From: an uncultured Dehalococcoidia bacterium
GTDB taxonomy: Bacteria; Chloroflexota; Dehalococcoidia; DSTF01; JACRBR01
DNA: 64,000 bases
Reading direction: 5' to 3'
NCBI GenBank assembly: GCA_964371355.1
Contig: CAYJMG010000003.1
Span: forward strand, 89,351-153,350
In this document: piece by piece, positions 9,814 to 18,654 of the stretch
Layout of the letters: each line of letters starts with the position of its first letter
Numbering within the stretch: position 1 is the stretch's first letter
Notes under the pieces: model-generated
What the model saw: only the letters and a program-made list of their open reading frames with translations
What the model was told of the DNA's origin: nothing
Databases searched by the model: none
Program-made: the position numbers and the translations under genes

Positions 9814-9962
9814 GACGGCTGACGCCGACACTGCGCGCCGGCATACGGCGCGCCGCCTACCATTTCCAGTTGCGCGTCGTGCGGGAGGCGCGCCGGAACC
9901 CCCGGCAGTTCCATGCGCGCTGTCTCCATCGGCGGCTGCATCGCCTCCGGGACCCGGCCTTC

Positions 9963-11129
9963 CTACGGATATACGAGTTCGCGTTCGAGGAGGGCGCGGG
10001 CTATGACCACGCGCTGCACCTGCGACGTGCCCTCGACGATCATGAGCTGGCGGGCGTCGCGGTAGTGGCGCTCCAGCGGGTGGTCCATCATGTACCCCTG
10101 CGCGCCCAGCACTTGCAGGGCGTCGGACGACACCTTCACCGCGGTCTCCGTGGCGAACGCCTTCGCGATCGACAGGTAGGCGGCGTGCTCGCGACCGTAG
10201 AGGCCCTGGTCGACGCGCCACGCACCCTGGTACACGAGCAGGCGGGCGGCCTCGATGGCGATGGCCATCTCGGCGAACATGAACTGGATGGCCTGCAGGT
10301 CGGCGATCGGCTTGCCGAAGGCCTCGCGCTGGCGAGCGAACTCGAGCGCGTAGGTCATCGCGCCCTCGGCGAGGCCGACGCCGCGCGCGCCCACCACGGG
10401 CCGGCAGGAGTTCAGCGTGAGCATCGCGTGGTTGAAGCCCTGCCCCTCGGCGCCACCGACGAGGTTCTCGCGCGGTACACGCACATCCTCCAGCACGATA
10501 TCGGCGGTGGGGACGCCGCGGACGCCCATCTTGCGGTCCTGGCCTGCGACCTTGAAGCCGGGCGATGTCGTCTCGACGATGAAGGCGCTGATGCCCTTGG
10601 GCCCGGGCGTGCCGTTGGTGCGGGCGAAGCAGACGATGTAGTCCGCGACGGTGCCACCGGAGATGTACATCTTCTCGCCGTTGATGACGTAGTCGTCGCC
10701 GTCCTTCTTGGCTGTCGTCTCGAGATTGGCGGCATCGGAACCGTGGTTGGGCTCCGTGAGGCAGAACGCGCCCTTAATCTCACCAGAGGCGATGCCCTTG
10801 CCGACCCACTGCTTCTGCCGCTCGTCGCCGCCGATTATCACGGGCTGCGAGGGAAGGGCGGACAGCAGCAGCATGAGGCCGGAGGCGCAGCAGTACTTCG
10901 CGGCCTCCTCGACAGCGAGGGCGAGGGCGAGCATGCCCGCGCCGGAGCCGCCGTACTGCGCCGGGATGGTGAGGCCGGTGAGGCCGGTGTCCTTGAAGGC
11001 CTTGAAGATGTCATGTGGGTATTCGCCGGTGATGTCCATCTCGGCCGCGCGCGGTGCGATAACGTCCTTGGCGACGCGGCGCGCGGTCTGCTGGATCAGG
11101 CGATGTTCTTCGGAGAGCTGGAAGTCCAT
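9963..11129 (-). CDS. Acyl-CoA dehydrogenase
   Basis: 388 aa, full-length ACAD signatures (CLTEPNHGSDAANLET, YISGG, QVLGAQGYMMDHPLERHYRDAR). Confidence 0.9.
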   Translation of the reverse strand: MDFQLSEEHRLIQQTARRVAKDVIAPRAAEMDITGEYPHDIFKAFKDTGLTGLTIPAQYGGSGAGMLALALAVEEAAKYCCASGLMLLLSALPSQPVIIGGDERQKQWVGKGIASGEIKGAFCLTEPNHGSDAANLETTAKKDGDDYVINGEKMYISGGTVADYIVCFARTNGTPGPKGISAFIVETTSPGFKVAGQDRKMGVRGVPTADIVLEDVRVPRENLVGGAEGQGFNHAMLTLNSCRPVVGARGVGLAEGAMTYALEFARQREAFGKPIADLQAIQFMFAEMAIAIEAARLLVYQGAWRVDQGLYGREHAAYLSIAKAFATETAVKVSSDALQVLGAQGYMMDHPLERHYRDARQLMIVEGTSQVQRVVIARALLERELVYP

Positions 11130-11270
11130 GGGGGTGCCTCTGTTGCTGGTTGGATTCGGTTTGGGGCAGGGTACTTGCGTGGGGAATCTGGCGCGAGATG
11201 TGGGCGATGTTGGATGTTGGATGCCAGACCCAACCGCACCCGCGGCCGGGCGGATAGCGATGGTCCAGTG

Positions 11271-11705
11271 CTAAGCGGTCGCCTTGGACAACAGTGTCTC
11301 GATTGCCTTGACGTGGATGGTGAGGTGATAGAGGTTGCGTTCGAGCGCCGTTCCGACATCGCCGTCCGCTGATCGGACGGCCCTGCGGACGGACCTGTGC
11401 ACCTCGTCCCAGGCTTCGAAGACCTGTTCGACGTTCTTCGTCGGCCTTGTACCCACGCTCGCGTACGCCCGCCCGGTCCTGTCGGTCAGCCCCAAGGGGC
11501 TCCACGCGAAGCCGTCGGGCAGGAAGCCGCCGAGGTGCAGCTGTTCGGCGAACAGCAGATGCCGCACGTTTTCGACGATCGACCAGTCTCCGAAGGGTGG
11601 CCGCTTCGCGAGCGTCGTGCTGCTCTGTGAACGCAGCAGCCGGCGGAGCCGTGCTCGCTCCCGGTCGATTTCTCTTACCAGGTCGGCGACGTTGCCTGCG
11701 GCCAT
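11271..11705 (-). CDS. DinB/DUF664 family protein
   Basis: 145 aa from the ATG at 11705, with a conserved DinB_2-like His/Trp pattern (FGDWSIVENVRHLL...). The longer track ORF is a 5' extension. Confidence 0.6.
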   Translation of the reverse strand: MAAGNVADLVREIDRERARLRRLLRSQSSTTLAKRPPFGDWSIVENVRHLLFAEQLHLGGFLPDGFAWSPLGLTDRTGRAYASVGTRPTKNVEQVFEAWDEVHRSVRRAVRSADGDVGTALERNLYHLTIHVKAIETLLSKATA

Positions 11706-11766
11706 GGTGCTGCTCCTCGCTGGGCTGCGCGCCGGTGGTTGTCCTACGGCCCCCAACATCCAACAT

Positions 11767-12528
11767 CTAACTTCTAACTTCTAGCCCCTGCCATCCAGCC
11801 TCGTGCTCGTAGACGGAGACGATGTTGCGGCTGTGGGCGGTGTAGAGGCTGCGGTCCCAGTCGCCGAAGCGCTCGCGTAGACGCAGCCCGGCGATGCGGG
11901 CCATGAGGTCCATCTCGGCCGGCCAGATGTGGCGCGTGACGATGGGGAACAGTCTCACACCCTTGTCGGTCAGCGACACGTGGCTCTCCTCGAGGAGCTG
12001 CGTCACCGGGTCGTAGCGCGCGACGTCGAGCCAGACCTGCTTGACCTCGACGGACTGCGCGTGCACGTACTGGTTGTCGGTCAGGTAGAGGGCGCTGTGC
12101 GGACCTGCTTCAACCACGAACACACCATCGTCTGCCAGGTGCTTCGCGACGTTCTGGAAGCAGCGCACCTGGTCGTCCTGGGTGAGCAGGTTGTGGATGG
12201 TGTTGTAGACGATATAGATGAGGCGATACGTGCCCGTCACCGGGACATCGGCGAAGTTGCCCATCGTGACCGCGATGGCGTCTCCGCCGGGCTGCGTACG
12301 TAGCACGTCGACCATCGCCTGCGAGATGTCGATGCCGTCGACACGGAGACCCGTCGCGGCGAGCGGACGCGCGATGCGTCCCGTGCCGATCGCCAGCTCG
12401 AGGGCGGGTCCATCGCCTGCGAGATCGCGCAGGAAGGCAACCGTCGCCTCCTCGTCGCCCCGGAGCCGGTGCGGGTCGCCGGCCGCGACCTCGGGACCAA
12501 AACTCATTGCCGGATCGTAGTTCTTCAC
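11767..12528 (-). CDS. Class I SAM-dependent methyltransferase
   Basis: Motif I LELAIGTGRIARPLA and motif post-I GIDISQAMV. ATGA-coupled to the upstream APH-like gene. Confidence 0.8.
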   Translation of the reverse strand: MKNYDPAMSFGPEVAAGDPHRLRGDEEATVAFLRDLAGDGPALELAIGTGRIARPLAATGLRVDGIDISQAMVDVLRTQPGGDAIAVTMGNFADVPVTGTYRLIYIVYNTIHNLLTQDDQVRCFQNVAKHLADDGVFVVEAGPHSALYLTDNQYVHAQSVEVKQVWLDVARYDPVTQLLEESHVSLTDKGVRLFPIVTRHIWPAEMDLMARIAGLRLRERFGDWDRSLYTAHSRNIVSVYEHEAGWQGLEVRS

Positions 12529-13472
12529 CTGGCGCCTCCTGTTTGCGCCGACTCGCGGTCGGCAAGCACCTCATTGATGGAACGGCGGGCCTTCTCGACC
12601 TGGGCCGGGTTGGTGTGCTGGTAGTAGGGAAGCGCGCCCACCCCCATTAACGCCCAGCCGCGCGCTCGCGCCCAGGTCGCGTCATCGACGGCCACAGTCT
12701 CACGAAAGAGGCGGCGGTTCTCGCCGGACAGGAGAGTCCACGCGACGCTCAGATCGCACGCGGGATCGCCGACGCCCAGACATCCGAAGTCGATGACGGC
12801 GCTCAGGCGGCTTCCATCGACCAGCACGTTGCCGGAGGAAAGATCCCCGTGCAGCCACACGGGCGGCCCCTCCCATGCCGGGGCACCGAGAGCCTCCTCC
12901 CACGCCGCCGTGATCGCGGCGGTGTCGATGATGCCGTTCCAGGCCGGGATCGCGGTGCGAACGCCGGGATCCCGCACGGCGAGCGGCACACCGCGGAGGA
13001 AGTTATGCCGGCCCGGGCTCGGCCCGCCCGCGGGGTCGATGCGCTGCAGCGCGAGGATGAACCGCGCCAGGTCGAGGGCGGCCTGCTGATCGCTCATGCG
13101 CTCGCGGGTGGCGTCCTCGCCCCGCATCCATGGCGAAATGATCCACCGATACGGGAAGTCCTCGCCGGGCTCGCCCCCCGCGACGGGCACGGGAATTGGC
13201 GCCGGAAGCTCGGGCGCCAATCGCGGCAGCCACGTCTCCTCCTTGTCGGGCTGGCCGGCCGCCCAGTGGATGCGCGGCAGCCGCACCGACAGGTCGTCGC
13301 CCAGACGGTAGATGGCATGATCCGTCCCCGTGTGCTCGACGCGCCTTAGCGGAAGCTCAGCCCACCGGGGGTATTGCTGTACCAGGAGCCGGCGGACGAG
13401 CGCCTCATCGGTGTCGATCTCGTCGGCGTGCATTCGAACGGTTCCCACGAACTTCTCCTCATCGGCGTACAC
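12525..13472 (-). CDS. Aminoglycoside/phosphotransferase (APH) family kinase
   Basis: Brenner motif HGDLSSGNVLV and DFG triad. The N-terminus may start at the internal Met (13433). Confidence 0.75.
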   Translation of the reverse strand: MYADEEKFVGTVRMHADEIDTDEALVRRLLVQQYPRWAELPLRRVEHTGTDHAIYRLGDDLSVRLPRIHWAAGQPDKEETWLPRLAPELPAPIPVPVAGGEPGEDFPYRWIISPWMRGEDATRERMSDQQAALDLARFILALQRIDPAGGPSPGRHNFLRGVPLAVRDPGVRTAIPAWNGIIDTAAITAAWEEALGAPAWEGPPVWLHGDLSSGNVLVDGSRLSAVIDFGCLGVGDPACDLSVAWTLLSGENRRLFRETVAVDDATWARARGWALMGVGALPYYQHTNPAQVEKARRSINEVLADRESAQTGGAR

Positions 13473-13755
13473 GTGAATATGCCCCGCGGCGCAAGCCGCG
13501 AGGTGAGACGAATGCGCGTGTCCGGAGAGGAATCCGTGTTGTGGGCGTCACCGCCCCTGATGAGGGGAGGCTAACCGGCGAACGAGAGACACATCCGGCA
13601 TGCGCGGGAGGAAGTCGTGATGGCCATGCTCGTGCCTCCGTTCGGAATGCGTCTCGTGGTGGTGCTGCACTGTACGGGACTGGGCGGGGCGATCGCAACG
13701 CGTCGCCGGAGGCCGGATGTGGATTCAGGATGTCGGAGGTCGGAGGCCAAACGGG

Positions 13756-14073
13756 TCAGTCGCCGATGATCGCCTCGGCTTCGTCGGCGTCGGCGCGGCG
13801 GACGAGGACCTCCCAGCCGAGGAGGATGGGCGGGACGCCGCCGGGAAAGGTGCGGCCCAGCCGGTTGCGCGTGAAGGCGCGCAGGCCCATGGCCTCGAGC
13901 TTCGAGCGCAGGACCTCGGCTGCCATCTCGTTGGGCGGCGAGGCAATGACGACGGGATCGTCGGGGTCGCCGGGTTCGGAGCGGGAGCGGGTAAGGACGC
14001 CGCGCACTAGCCACGCACCACCGAGCGCGAGGGCGGCAACGAGGAGGAGCGCGAAGAAGGCGAACTCGGACAT
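13756..14073 (-). CDS. DUF2007-like small membrane-anchored protein
   Basis: 106 aa from the ATG at 14073, with an N-terminal transmembrane helix and a C-terminal DUF2007-type alpha/beta domain. The ORF track fuses it to a 190-codon Arg-rich upstream read-through. Confidence 0.55.
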   Translation of the reverse strand: MSEFAFFALLLVAALALGGAWLVRGVLTRSRSEPGDPDDPVVIASPPNEMAAEVLRSKLEAMGLRAFTRNRLGRTFPGGVPPILLGWEVLVRRADADEAEAIIGD

Positions 14074-14183
14074 GCGCGATCTTAGCCTGTTATGCGGGTG
14101 AACCGCACAGCCGAGGACGGCGTGCCACAACGTTGGAACCGGCACACAGCCGAGGGCGGCTGTACCACACCGGCCGCGCCCCA

Positions 14184-14951
14184 TCAGGCGGCCGGCTGGC
14201 GAGTTGTCCACATCTCGCTGGTGAAGACGCGGGCGAAGCCCTGGCGGGCGTAGAGGCGCTCGGCGTAGCCGTTGGCTTCGCAGCCGAGACCAATGACGTC
14301 GCAGCCGGCGGCGCGGGCGTCGGTGAGGGCGCAGGCCATGACGGTGGAAGACACGCCCTGGCGGCGATGGGCGCGCAGCGTGTTCACCGCGTAGATGCCG
14401 GCGGTGGCGCCGTCGATGAGCATGTGCAGCGTGGAAACCGGTACGCCATCGAGGCAGCCGAGATAGTACATGTTGCCCCGCTCTTGCATGGCGTTGACGG
14501 CGGAGGCCGTGCACAGCCGCCGCGCCCACCGCGCGCTCCCGGCGACAATCGCCGCGAAGGCGCGGATGTCGTCGGGGCCGGCGACGCGCACCTCGACAAC
14601 CGGGTTGCGGGTGATCGGCGGCGCGGCGGGATCGTGCGCCATCCACGCACCCACGTCCGCACGCGCCAGACCACGCGAAGCGAGATGCCGCCGCAGGGTG
14701 CGCGGACGGTCGAGCGGCGTGACCTCGACGGCGGGGTCGCGGTCGAAGGCCCTCAGGAGCGCGAAGCCCACGTCGAGCAGCGCCTCGAGGTCGCGCTCAC
14801 GGACGTCGAACGCGCGAAGCGAGTTCAGTCCGGCGATCGGCGCGTCGGAGGTGACGGCCAGCGCACCCTGCAAGTTGCGGATCTCGCCCCAGCCCTGCGC
14901 CGTGCGGAGGTCGCGATTGAGCAACAGGCGGCGGGCGATCTCGGGATCCAT
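14184..14951 (-). CDS. GNAT family N-acetyltransferase (tandem GNAT-like halves)
   Basis: C-terminal acetyl-CoA-binding motif RRQGVSSTVMACALTDARAAGCDVIGL ... GYAERLYARQGF. Confidence 0.7.
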   Translation of the reverse strand: MDPEIARRLLLNRDLRTAQGWGEIRNLQGALAVTSDAPIAGLNSLRAFDVRERDLEALLDVGFALLRAFDRDPAVEVTPLDRPRTLRRHLASRGLARADVGAWMAHDPAAPPITRNPVVEVRVAGPDDIRAFAAIVAGSARWARRLCTASAVNAMQERGNMYYLGCLDGVPVSTLHMLIDGATAGIYAVNTLRAHRRQGVSSTVMACALTDARAAGCDVIGLGCEANGYAERLYARQGFARVFTSEMWTTRQPAA

Positions 14952-14996
14952 TGCTGGAGTGTAGAGGGTGGAGCTGCACGTTCGCGGCTACGGAGC

Positions 14997-15833
14997 CTAA
15001 GGAGTGAGGAGTTCATGGATCGTCTCGAAGTCGTAGCCGTCGGCTCGGAGGGCGCTGATGATGGCGCGAAGGGCGAGCGCGTCCTGGGAGACGCTGCCGA
15101 CGTGCATGACGTAGATGGCGCCGGGCTCCGCCAGTTCGACCGCACGCTGGAGGATCTGCTCGGCGGTGGCGCCGTCCCAGCCCAGCGTGTCGACCGTCCA
15201 CATGACGACGGTGTCGTAGCGGTTCGCGGCGGCATCGCGCAGGACGCTGTCGTCGATGTCGCCGTAGGGTGGGCGGAAGTAAGGCTTCGTGCTGCGCGAG
15301 GTGTATCTGTAGACGGTGACCTCCGCGCGTGAGAGCTCGAGCGCGCGCTCCTCGGGCGTGAGGGGCGGCTCGCCGGTCGAAGCGCCGGTGAAGGACCTGT
15401 GGTCGTAGGTGTGGTTGATGATCTGGTGGCCGTCGGCGGCGATGGCAAACAGCAGATCGCGGTTCTGCTCGGCCCAGATGCCGGTGACGCCGAAGGTCGC
15501 GCGCACGCCGTTCTCGCGCAGAGTGCGGAGGATGTCGGCCGTGTACCTCACGTCGGCGCCGGCGTCGAACGTGAGGGCGACGGCACGGCGCGTGGCCGGC
15601 CCGCGGTAGATTACGCGCGCCTCCACGACTGGAGCAGCGTTCGGTGAGGGCTCGGACGTGGCGAACGCCGTTCTCGGCGGCTGAGTGGTCGCGGCCGGTA
15701 CTGCGGGCGTAGCTGACGGCGGAACCACGGTGCCAGCTGTATTCGGGGTGTCGGGGGGCCGCGAATCGCCGGCGCAGGCGAGTGCGACGAGCGTCAGCGG
15801 CGCGAGCATGAATGCGGCGGCAAGTCGGAGCAC
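14997..15833 (-). CDS. Polysaccharide deacetylase (CE4/NodB-homology) lipoprotein
   Basis: NodB motifs (TFDAG, INHTYDH, YFRPPYG). A GTG at 15833 gives a lipoprotein-type signal peptide MLRLAAAFMLAPLTLVALAC. The longer track ORF would overlap the divergent mgtE start. Confidence 0.75.
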   Translation of the reverse strand: MLRLAAAFMLAPLTLVALACAGDSRPPDTPNTAGTVVPPSATPAVPAATTQPPRTAFATSEPSPNAAPVVEARVIYRGPATRRAVALTFDAGADVRYTADILRTLRENGVRATFGVTGIWAEQNRDLLFAIAADGHQIINHTYDHRSFTGASTGEPPLTPEERALELSRAEVTVYRYTSRSTKPYFRPPYGDIDDSVLRDAAANRYDTVVMWTVDTLGWDGATAEQILQRAVELAEPGAIYVMHVGSVSQDALALRAIISALRADGYDFETIHELLTP

Positions 15834-15910
15834 GCGGCCACCATACCAGCGCGGTGCGGCGTGGACGTGCGTGCGGATAGGCTGTGGCGGAGCTACGCAG
15901 GAGGACGGCG

Positions 15911-16897
15911 ATGGCCCGGCAGATCCCACCACTCGAAGAGCTGACACTGGAGACAGCGGGCGCGCTGCTGACACGCGAGGTGCCGGTCACGCGCCCCGAG
16001 ACGACGGCGAGCGACGTGCGCGGCATGTTGATCGGCACGCACCACGACGTCGTGAGTCACATCGCCGTGTGCGACGAGGCCGGCATGCTGCGGGGGATCG
16101 CGCGGATCGAGGACGTGCTGGCCGCGCCGGACGACGCAGCGATGGCAAGCGTGATGGACGCCGACCCGCCGGTGGTATCCGCGGGGATGGACCAGGAGCG
16201 CGTCGCGTGGAAGGCGGTGCAGCACGGCGAGAGCGCACTGGCCGTCGTCGACGAGGCGGGCATGTTTCGCGGGATCGTGCCGCCGGCGAGGCTGCTGGGC
16301 GTGTTGCTGCGGGAACACGACGAAGACCTGGCGCGCCTGGCCGGCGTGCTGCGCCAGGGCTCGGCAGCGCGTGCTGCGACCGAGGAGTCGGTGCCGATGC
16401 GGCTATGGCACCGGCTGCCGTGGCTGTTCATCGGACTGGCGGGCGCGCTGTTCGCGGCGGACATCGTGGGCGCATTCGAGGGCCGGCTTGAGGAAGAGGT
16501 GCTGCTGGCGTTCTTCATTCCGGGCATCGTGTACATGGCGGACGCGGTGGGCACGCAGACGGAGACGCTGGTGATCCGTGGCCTGTCCCTGGGCGTGGGG
16601 CTGCGGCACGTGGTGCTGCGCGAGCTGCTGACGGGTGCGGTGGCGGGCATGCTGCTGGGCGCCGCGTTTTTCCCGCTGGTCTGGTGGCGTTGGGGTGATG
16701 CGGAGGTGGCGCTCGCCGTCTCCATCGCGCTGGTGGGCGCGTGCTCCACGGCGACGCTGGTCGCGATGGCGCTGCCGTGGGCGTTCGACCTCGCGGGCCG
16801 GGACCCGGCATACGGCAGCGGGCCGCTGGCGACGGTAGTGCAGGACCTGCTGTCCATCGTGATCTACTTCGCCGTGGTGACCGCGATCGTGGCGTGA
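15911..16897 (+). CDS. mgtE: Magnesium transporter MgtE (short form: CBS pair plus MgtE membrane domain)
   Basis: ATG at 15911 with AGGAGGA 8 nt upstream. Two CBS domains followed by five transmembrane helices carrying MgtE signatures (PWLFIGLAGALFAADIVGAFE, VQDLLSIVIYF). Confidence 0.8.
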   Translation: MARQIPPLEELTLETAGALLTREVPVTRPETTASDVRGMLIGTHHDVVSHIAVCDEAGMLRGIARIEDVLAAPDDAAMASVMDADPPVVSAGMDQERVAWKAVQHGESALAVVDEAGMFRGIVPPARLLGVLLREHDEDLARLAGVLRQGSAARAATEESVPMRLWHRLPWLFIGLAGALFAADIVGAFEGRLEEEVLLAFFIPGIVYMADAVGTQTETLVIRGLSLGVGLRHVVLRELLTGAVAGMLLGAAFFPLVWWRWGDAEVALAVSIALVGACSTATLVAMALPWAFDLAGRDPAYGSGPLATVVQDLLSIVIYFAVVTAIVA

Positions 16898-17039
16898 GGC
16901 GTGAGGGCCTTCGTCAGCCGCCGTGGTCGTTGCGGCGAGCGCGAATGGACGATCGGCACCCGCAGCTTCCGCCGGACGGCTGTGCCACTCGGGCGGTATG
17001 GTGAGAGCCGAGTCTGAGCGCGAGCGCAAAGGAATCTGC

Positions 17040-18323
17040 ATGAGCGTGCGATACGTGGCGGCGGGTTTGGCGGGGGCGGCGGTTGTCGCGTTCGCGCTTG
17101 GGTTCGCGTGCACGCGGGCGCTGGACGACGACGGCGGCACTGCTACAACGCCGACGGCCATGGCGATCGAGTCGCCGACGGCGGAGCCGGCCGCAACGCC
17201 GACCTTGGCGAGCGGGGTCGCGCTCGAAGTGAAGATCGGCCAGCTCATCATGGCCGGCCTGGACGGCACAACGCCTGAGGAAGCGGCCGAGCTGGTACGC
17301 ACCCATCACATCGGCAACGCCGTGCTGCTGGGGGACAACGCCGTGTCGCCGGAGCAGGTGCTTGCGCTGACGTCCGGGCTGCAGGCGATGGCGCGCGACG
17401 CGAACGGCCTGGGCATGCTGATCGCCGTCGACCAAGAGGGCGGGCGCGTGATCCGTCTCGACCCCCCGTTCACGCAGATGCCGGCGGCCGCCGTGATCGG
17501 CTGCATAGGGGAGACGGATCTGGCGCGGCTGGCGGCGCTCATCATGGGGCGCGAGATGCTGGCCGCGGGCATCAACGTCGACCTGGCGCCGGACGCCGAC
17601 GTACTCACGAACCCGGAAAACAACGTCATCGGCGACCGCGCGTACGGTACGACGCCCGACGCAGTGACGCCGATGGTGCTGGCGGCGATCGAGGGACTGC
17701 ACCAGGCGGGTGTGCTGGCGGTGGCGAAGCACTTCCCCGGCCACGGCTCCACCGGCGGCGACTCGCACGATGGGCGCGTCGTCGTCGAGAGGACGCTGCA
17801 GGAGCTGGAGGAGACGGACCTGCCACCGTTCCGCGCCGCCGCCGAGGTCACCGACATGATGATGACGTCGAACGTCGACTACGCGGCCCTCGACCCGGCG
17901 GCCCTCGAGCCGGCGGCCCTCGACCCAGCGGGGCTGCCGGCGTCGCTGTCGGGACTGACCATCGGCTACCTGCGCGAAGGGCTGGGATTCGACGGCGTGG
18001 TGATCACCGACTCGCTGGAGATGGGCGCGGTGTCGAATCGCTGGGACACGGGCGAGGCCGCCGTGCGCGCGATCGAGGCGGGCGCGGACATGGTGCTGTA
18101 CGCCGATCCAGAGGGCGGGATCGCGGCCGCGCAGGCGTTGCTCGTGGCGGTGCGTGCTGGCCGGATCAGCGAGTCCCGCATCGACGAGTCTCTGGCGCGC
18201 GTGAGCACGCTGAAAGAGCGCGCGCTGGCGCAGCCTCTGCCGGGGCTGGAGGTCGTGGGCGCAGCCGACCACGCCGCGTTCGCCGCGGTGCTTGCACAGG
18301 CGCAAACGGACGCTGGGTGTTGA
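17040..18323 (+). CDS. Glycoside hydrolase family 3 beta-N-acetylhexosaminidase (NagZ-like) lipoprotein
   Basis: GH3 motifs KHFPGHG, IGQLIMAG and LIAVDQEGG. Signal peptide with a lipobox-like LGFAC. ATG at 17040 with an AAAGGA RBS. Confidence 0.85.
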   Translation: MSVRYVAAGLAGAAVVAFALGFACTRALDDDGGTATTPTAMAIESPTAEPAATPTLASGVALEVKIGQLIMAGLDGTTPEEAAELVRTHHIGNAVLLGDNAVSPEQVLALTSGLQAMARDANGLGMLIAVDQEGGRVIRLDPPFTQMPAAAVIGCIGETDLARLAALIMGREMLAAGINVDLAPDADVLTNPENNVIGDRAYGTTPDAVTPMVLAAIEGLHQAGVLAVAKHFPGHGSTGGDSHDGRVVVERTLQELEETDLPPFRAAAEVTDMMMTSNVDYAALDPAALEPAALDPAGLPASLSGLTIGYLREGLGFDGVVITDSLEMGAVSNRWDTGEAAVRAIEAGADMVLYADPEGGIAAAQALLVAVRAGRISESRIDESLARVSTLKERALAQPLPGLEVVGAADHAAFAAVLAQAQTDAGC

Positions 18324-18340
18324 TGGGGTCGCGCGCGGAA

Positions 18341-18368
18341 ACAGAACACGCACCTGTTCTCAGGTGCG
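18341..18368. terminator. Perfect 12-bp stem / 4-nt loop hairpin between convergent GH3 gene and tRNA-Thr (candidate bidirectional terminator)
   Basis: AACACGCACCTG-ttct-CAGGTGCGTGTT lies 18 nt after the GH3 stop and 15 nt after the tRNA 3' end. The U-tract is weak on both strands. Confidence 0.45.
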
Positions 18369-18382
18369 TGTTGTAGGCTCGA

Positions 18383-18457
18383 TGGAGCCGGCGATGGGAT
18401 TCGAACCCGTGACCTGCTGTTTACGAAACAGCTGCTCTACCGCTGAGCTACGCCGGC
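18383..18457 (-). tRNA. tRNA-Thr (anticodon CGU), CCA encoded
   Basis: Hand-folded cloverleaf: 7-bp acceptor stem GCCGGCG/CGCCGGC, D-arm GCTC/GAGC, anticodon stem GCTGT/ACAGC with loop TTCGTAA (CGT), T-loop TTCGAAT, discriminator T, then CCA. There is one C-A mismatch in the T-stem. Confidence 0.85.
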
Positions 18458-18654
18458 CTGATCGCTGTCGCCCCGCCACGGTCTCCCGCGGCAGCCCTTC
18501 GACCCGCAGGGCGACGGAAAACGCCCGCTCGCCGGGCGCGGCGGCAGTATAGCGCATCGCATACCGCCCGGCTCGCGGGCGCGGCGGCTGGCGCGTCCGC
18601 TGCGCAGTTAAGATCATTGCGCCACCGAGGAGCAGCCGAGATCGGAGGAGCGGG

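Noticed and set aside
9648-11372. 574-aa plus-strand ORF antisense to the acyl-CoA dehydrogenase. Similar long antisense ORFs: 21193..22581 (opposite gltA), 25949..27670 and 27686..29299 (opposite the giant gene), 6811..7912, 16403..17302, 40041..41339, 54422..55240, 57086..58480
   Set aside because: The low-complexity Arg/Ala/Gly/Pro/His-rich translations are typical of stop-codon-poor antisense frames in 70% GC DNA. Each overlaps a gene with strong family signatures on the other strand.
14074-14646. Upstream 190 codons of the 13756..14646 ORF fused to the DUF2007 domain
   Set aside because: The Arg-rich read-through is antisense to the GNAT gene at 14184..14951, which has clear acetyl-CoA-binding motifs.
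18324-18470. tRNA-Thr as an integration hotspot / genomic island boundary
   Set aside because: No integrase, excisionase or direct repeat of the tRNA 3' end was found within the window. The flanking genes (GH3 hydrolase, SDR, TetR) look like ordinary chromosomal content.
18292-18552. 86-aa ORF (MHRRKRTLGV...) spanning the tRNA-Thr locus
   Set aside because: Its translation MGFEPVTCCL is simply the T-arm GGGTTCGAATCC of the tRNA read in the opposite sense. The tRNA fold is clean.
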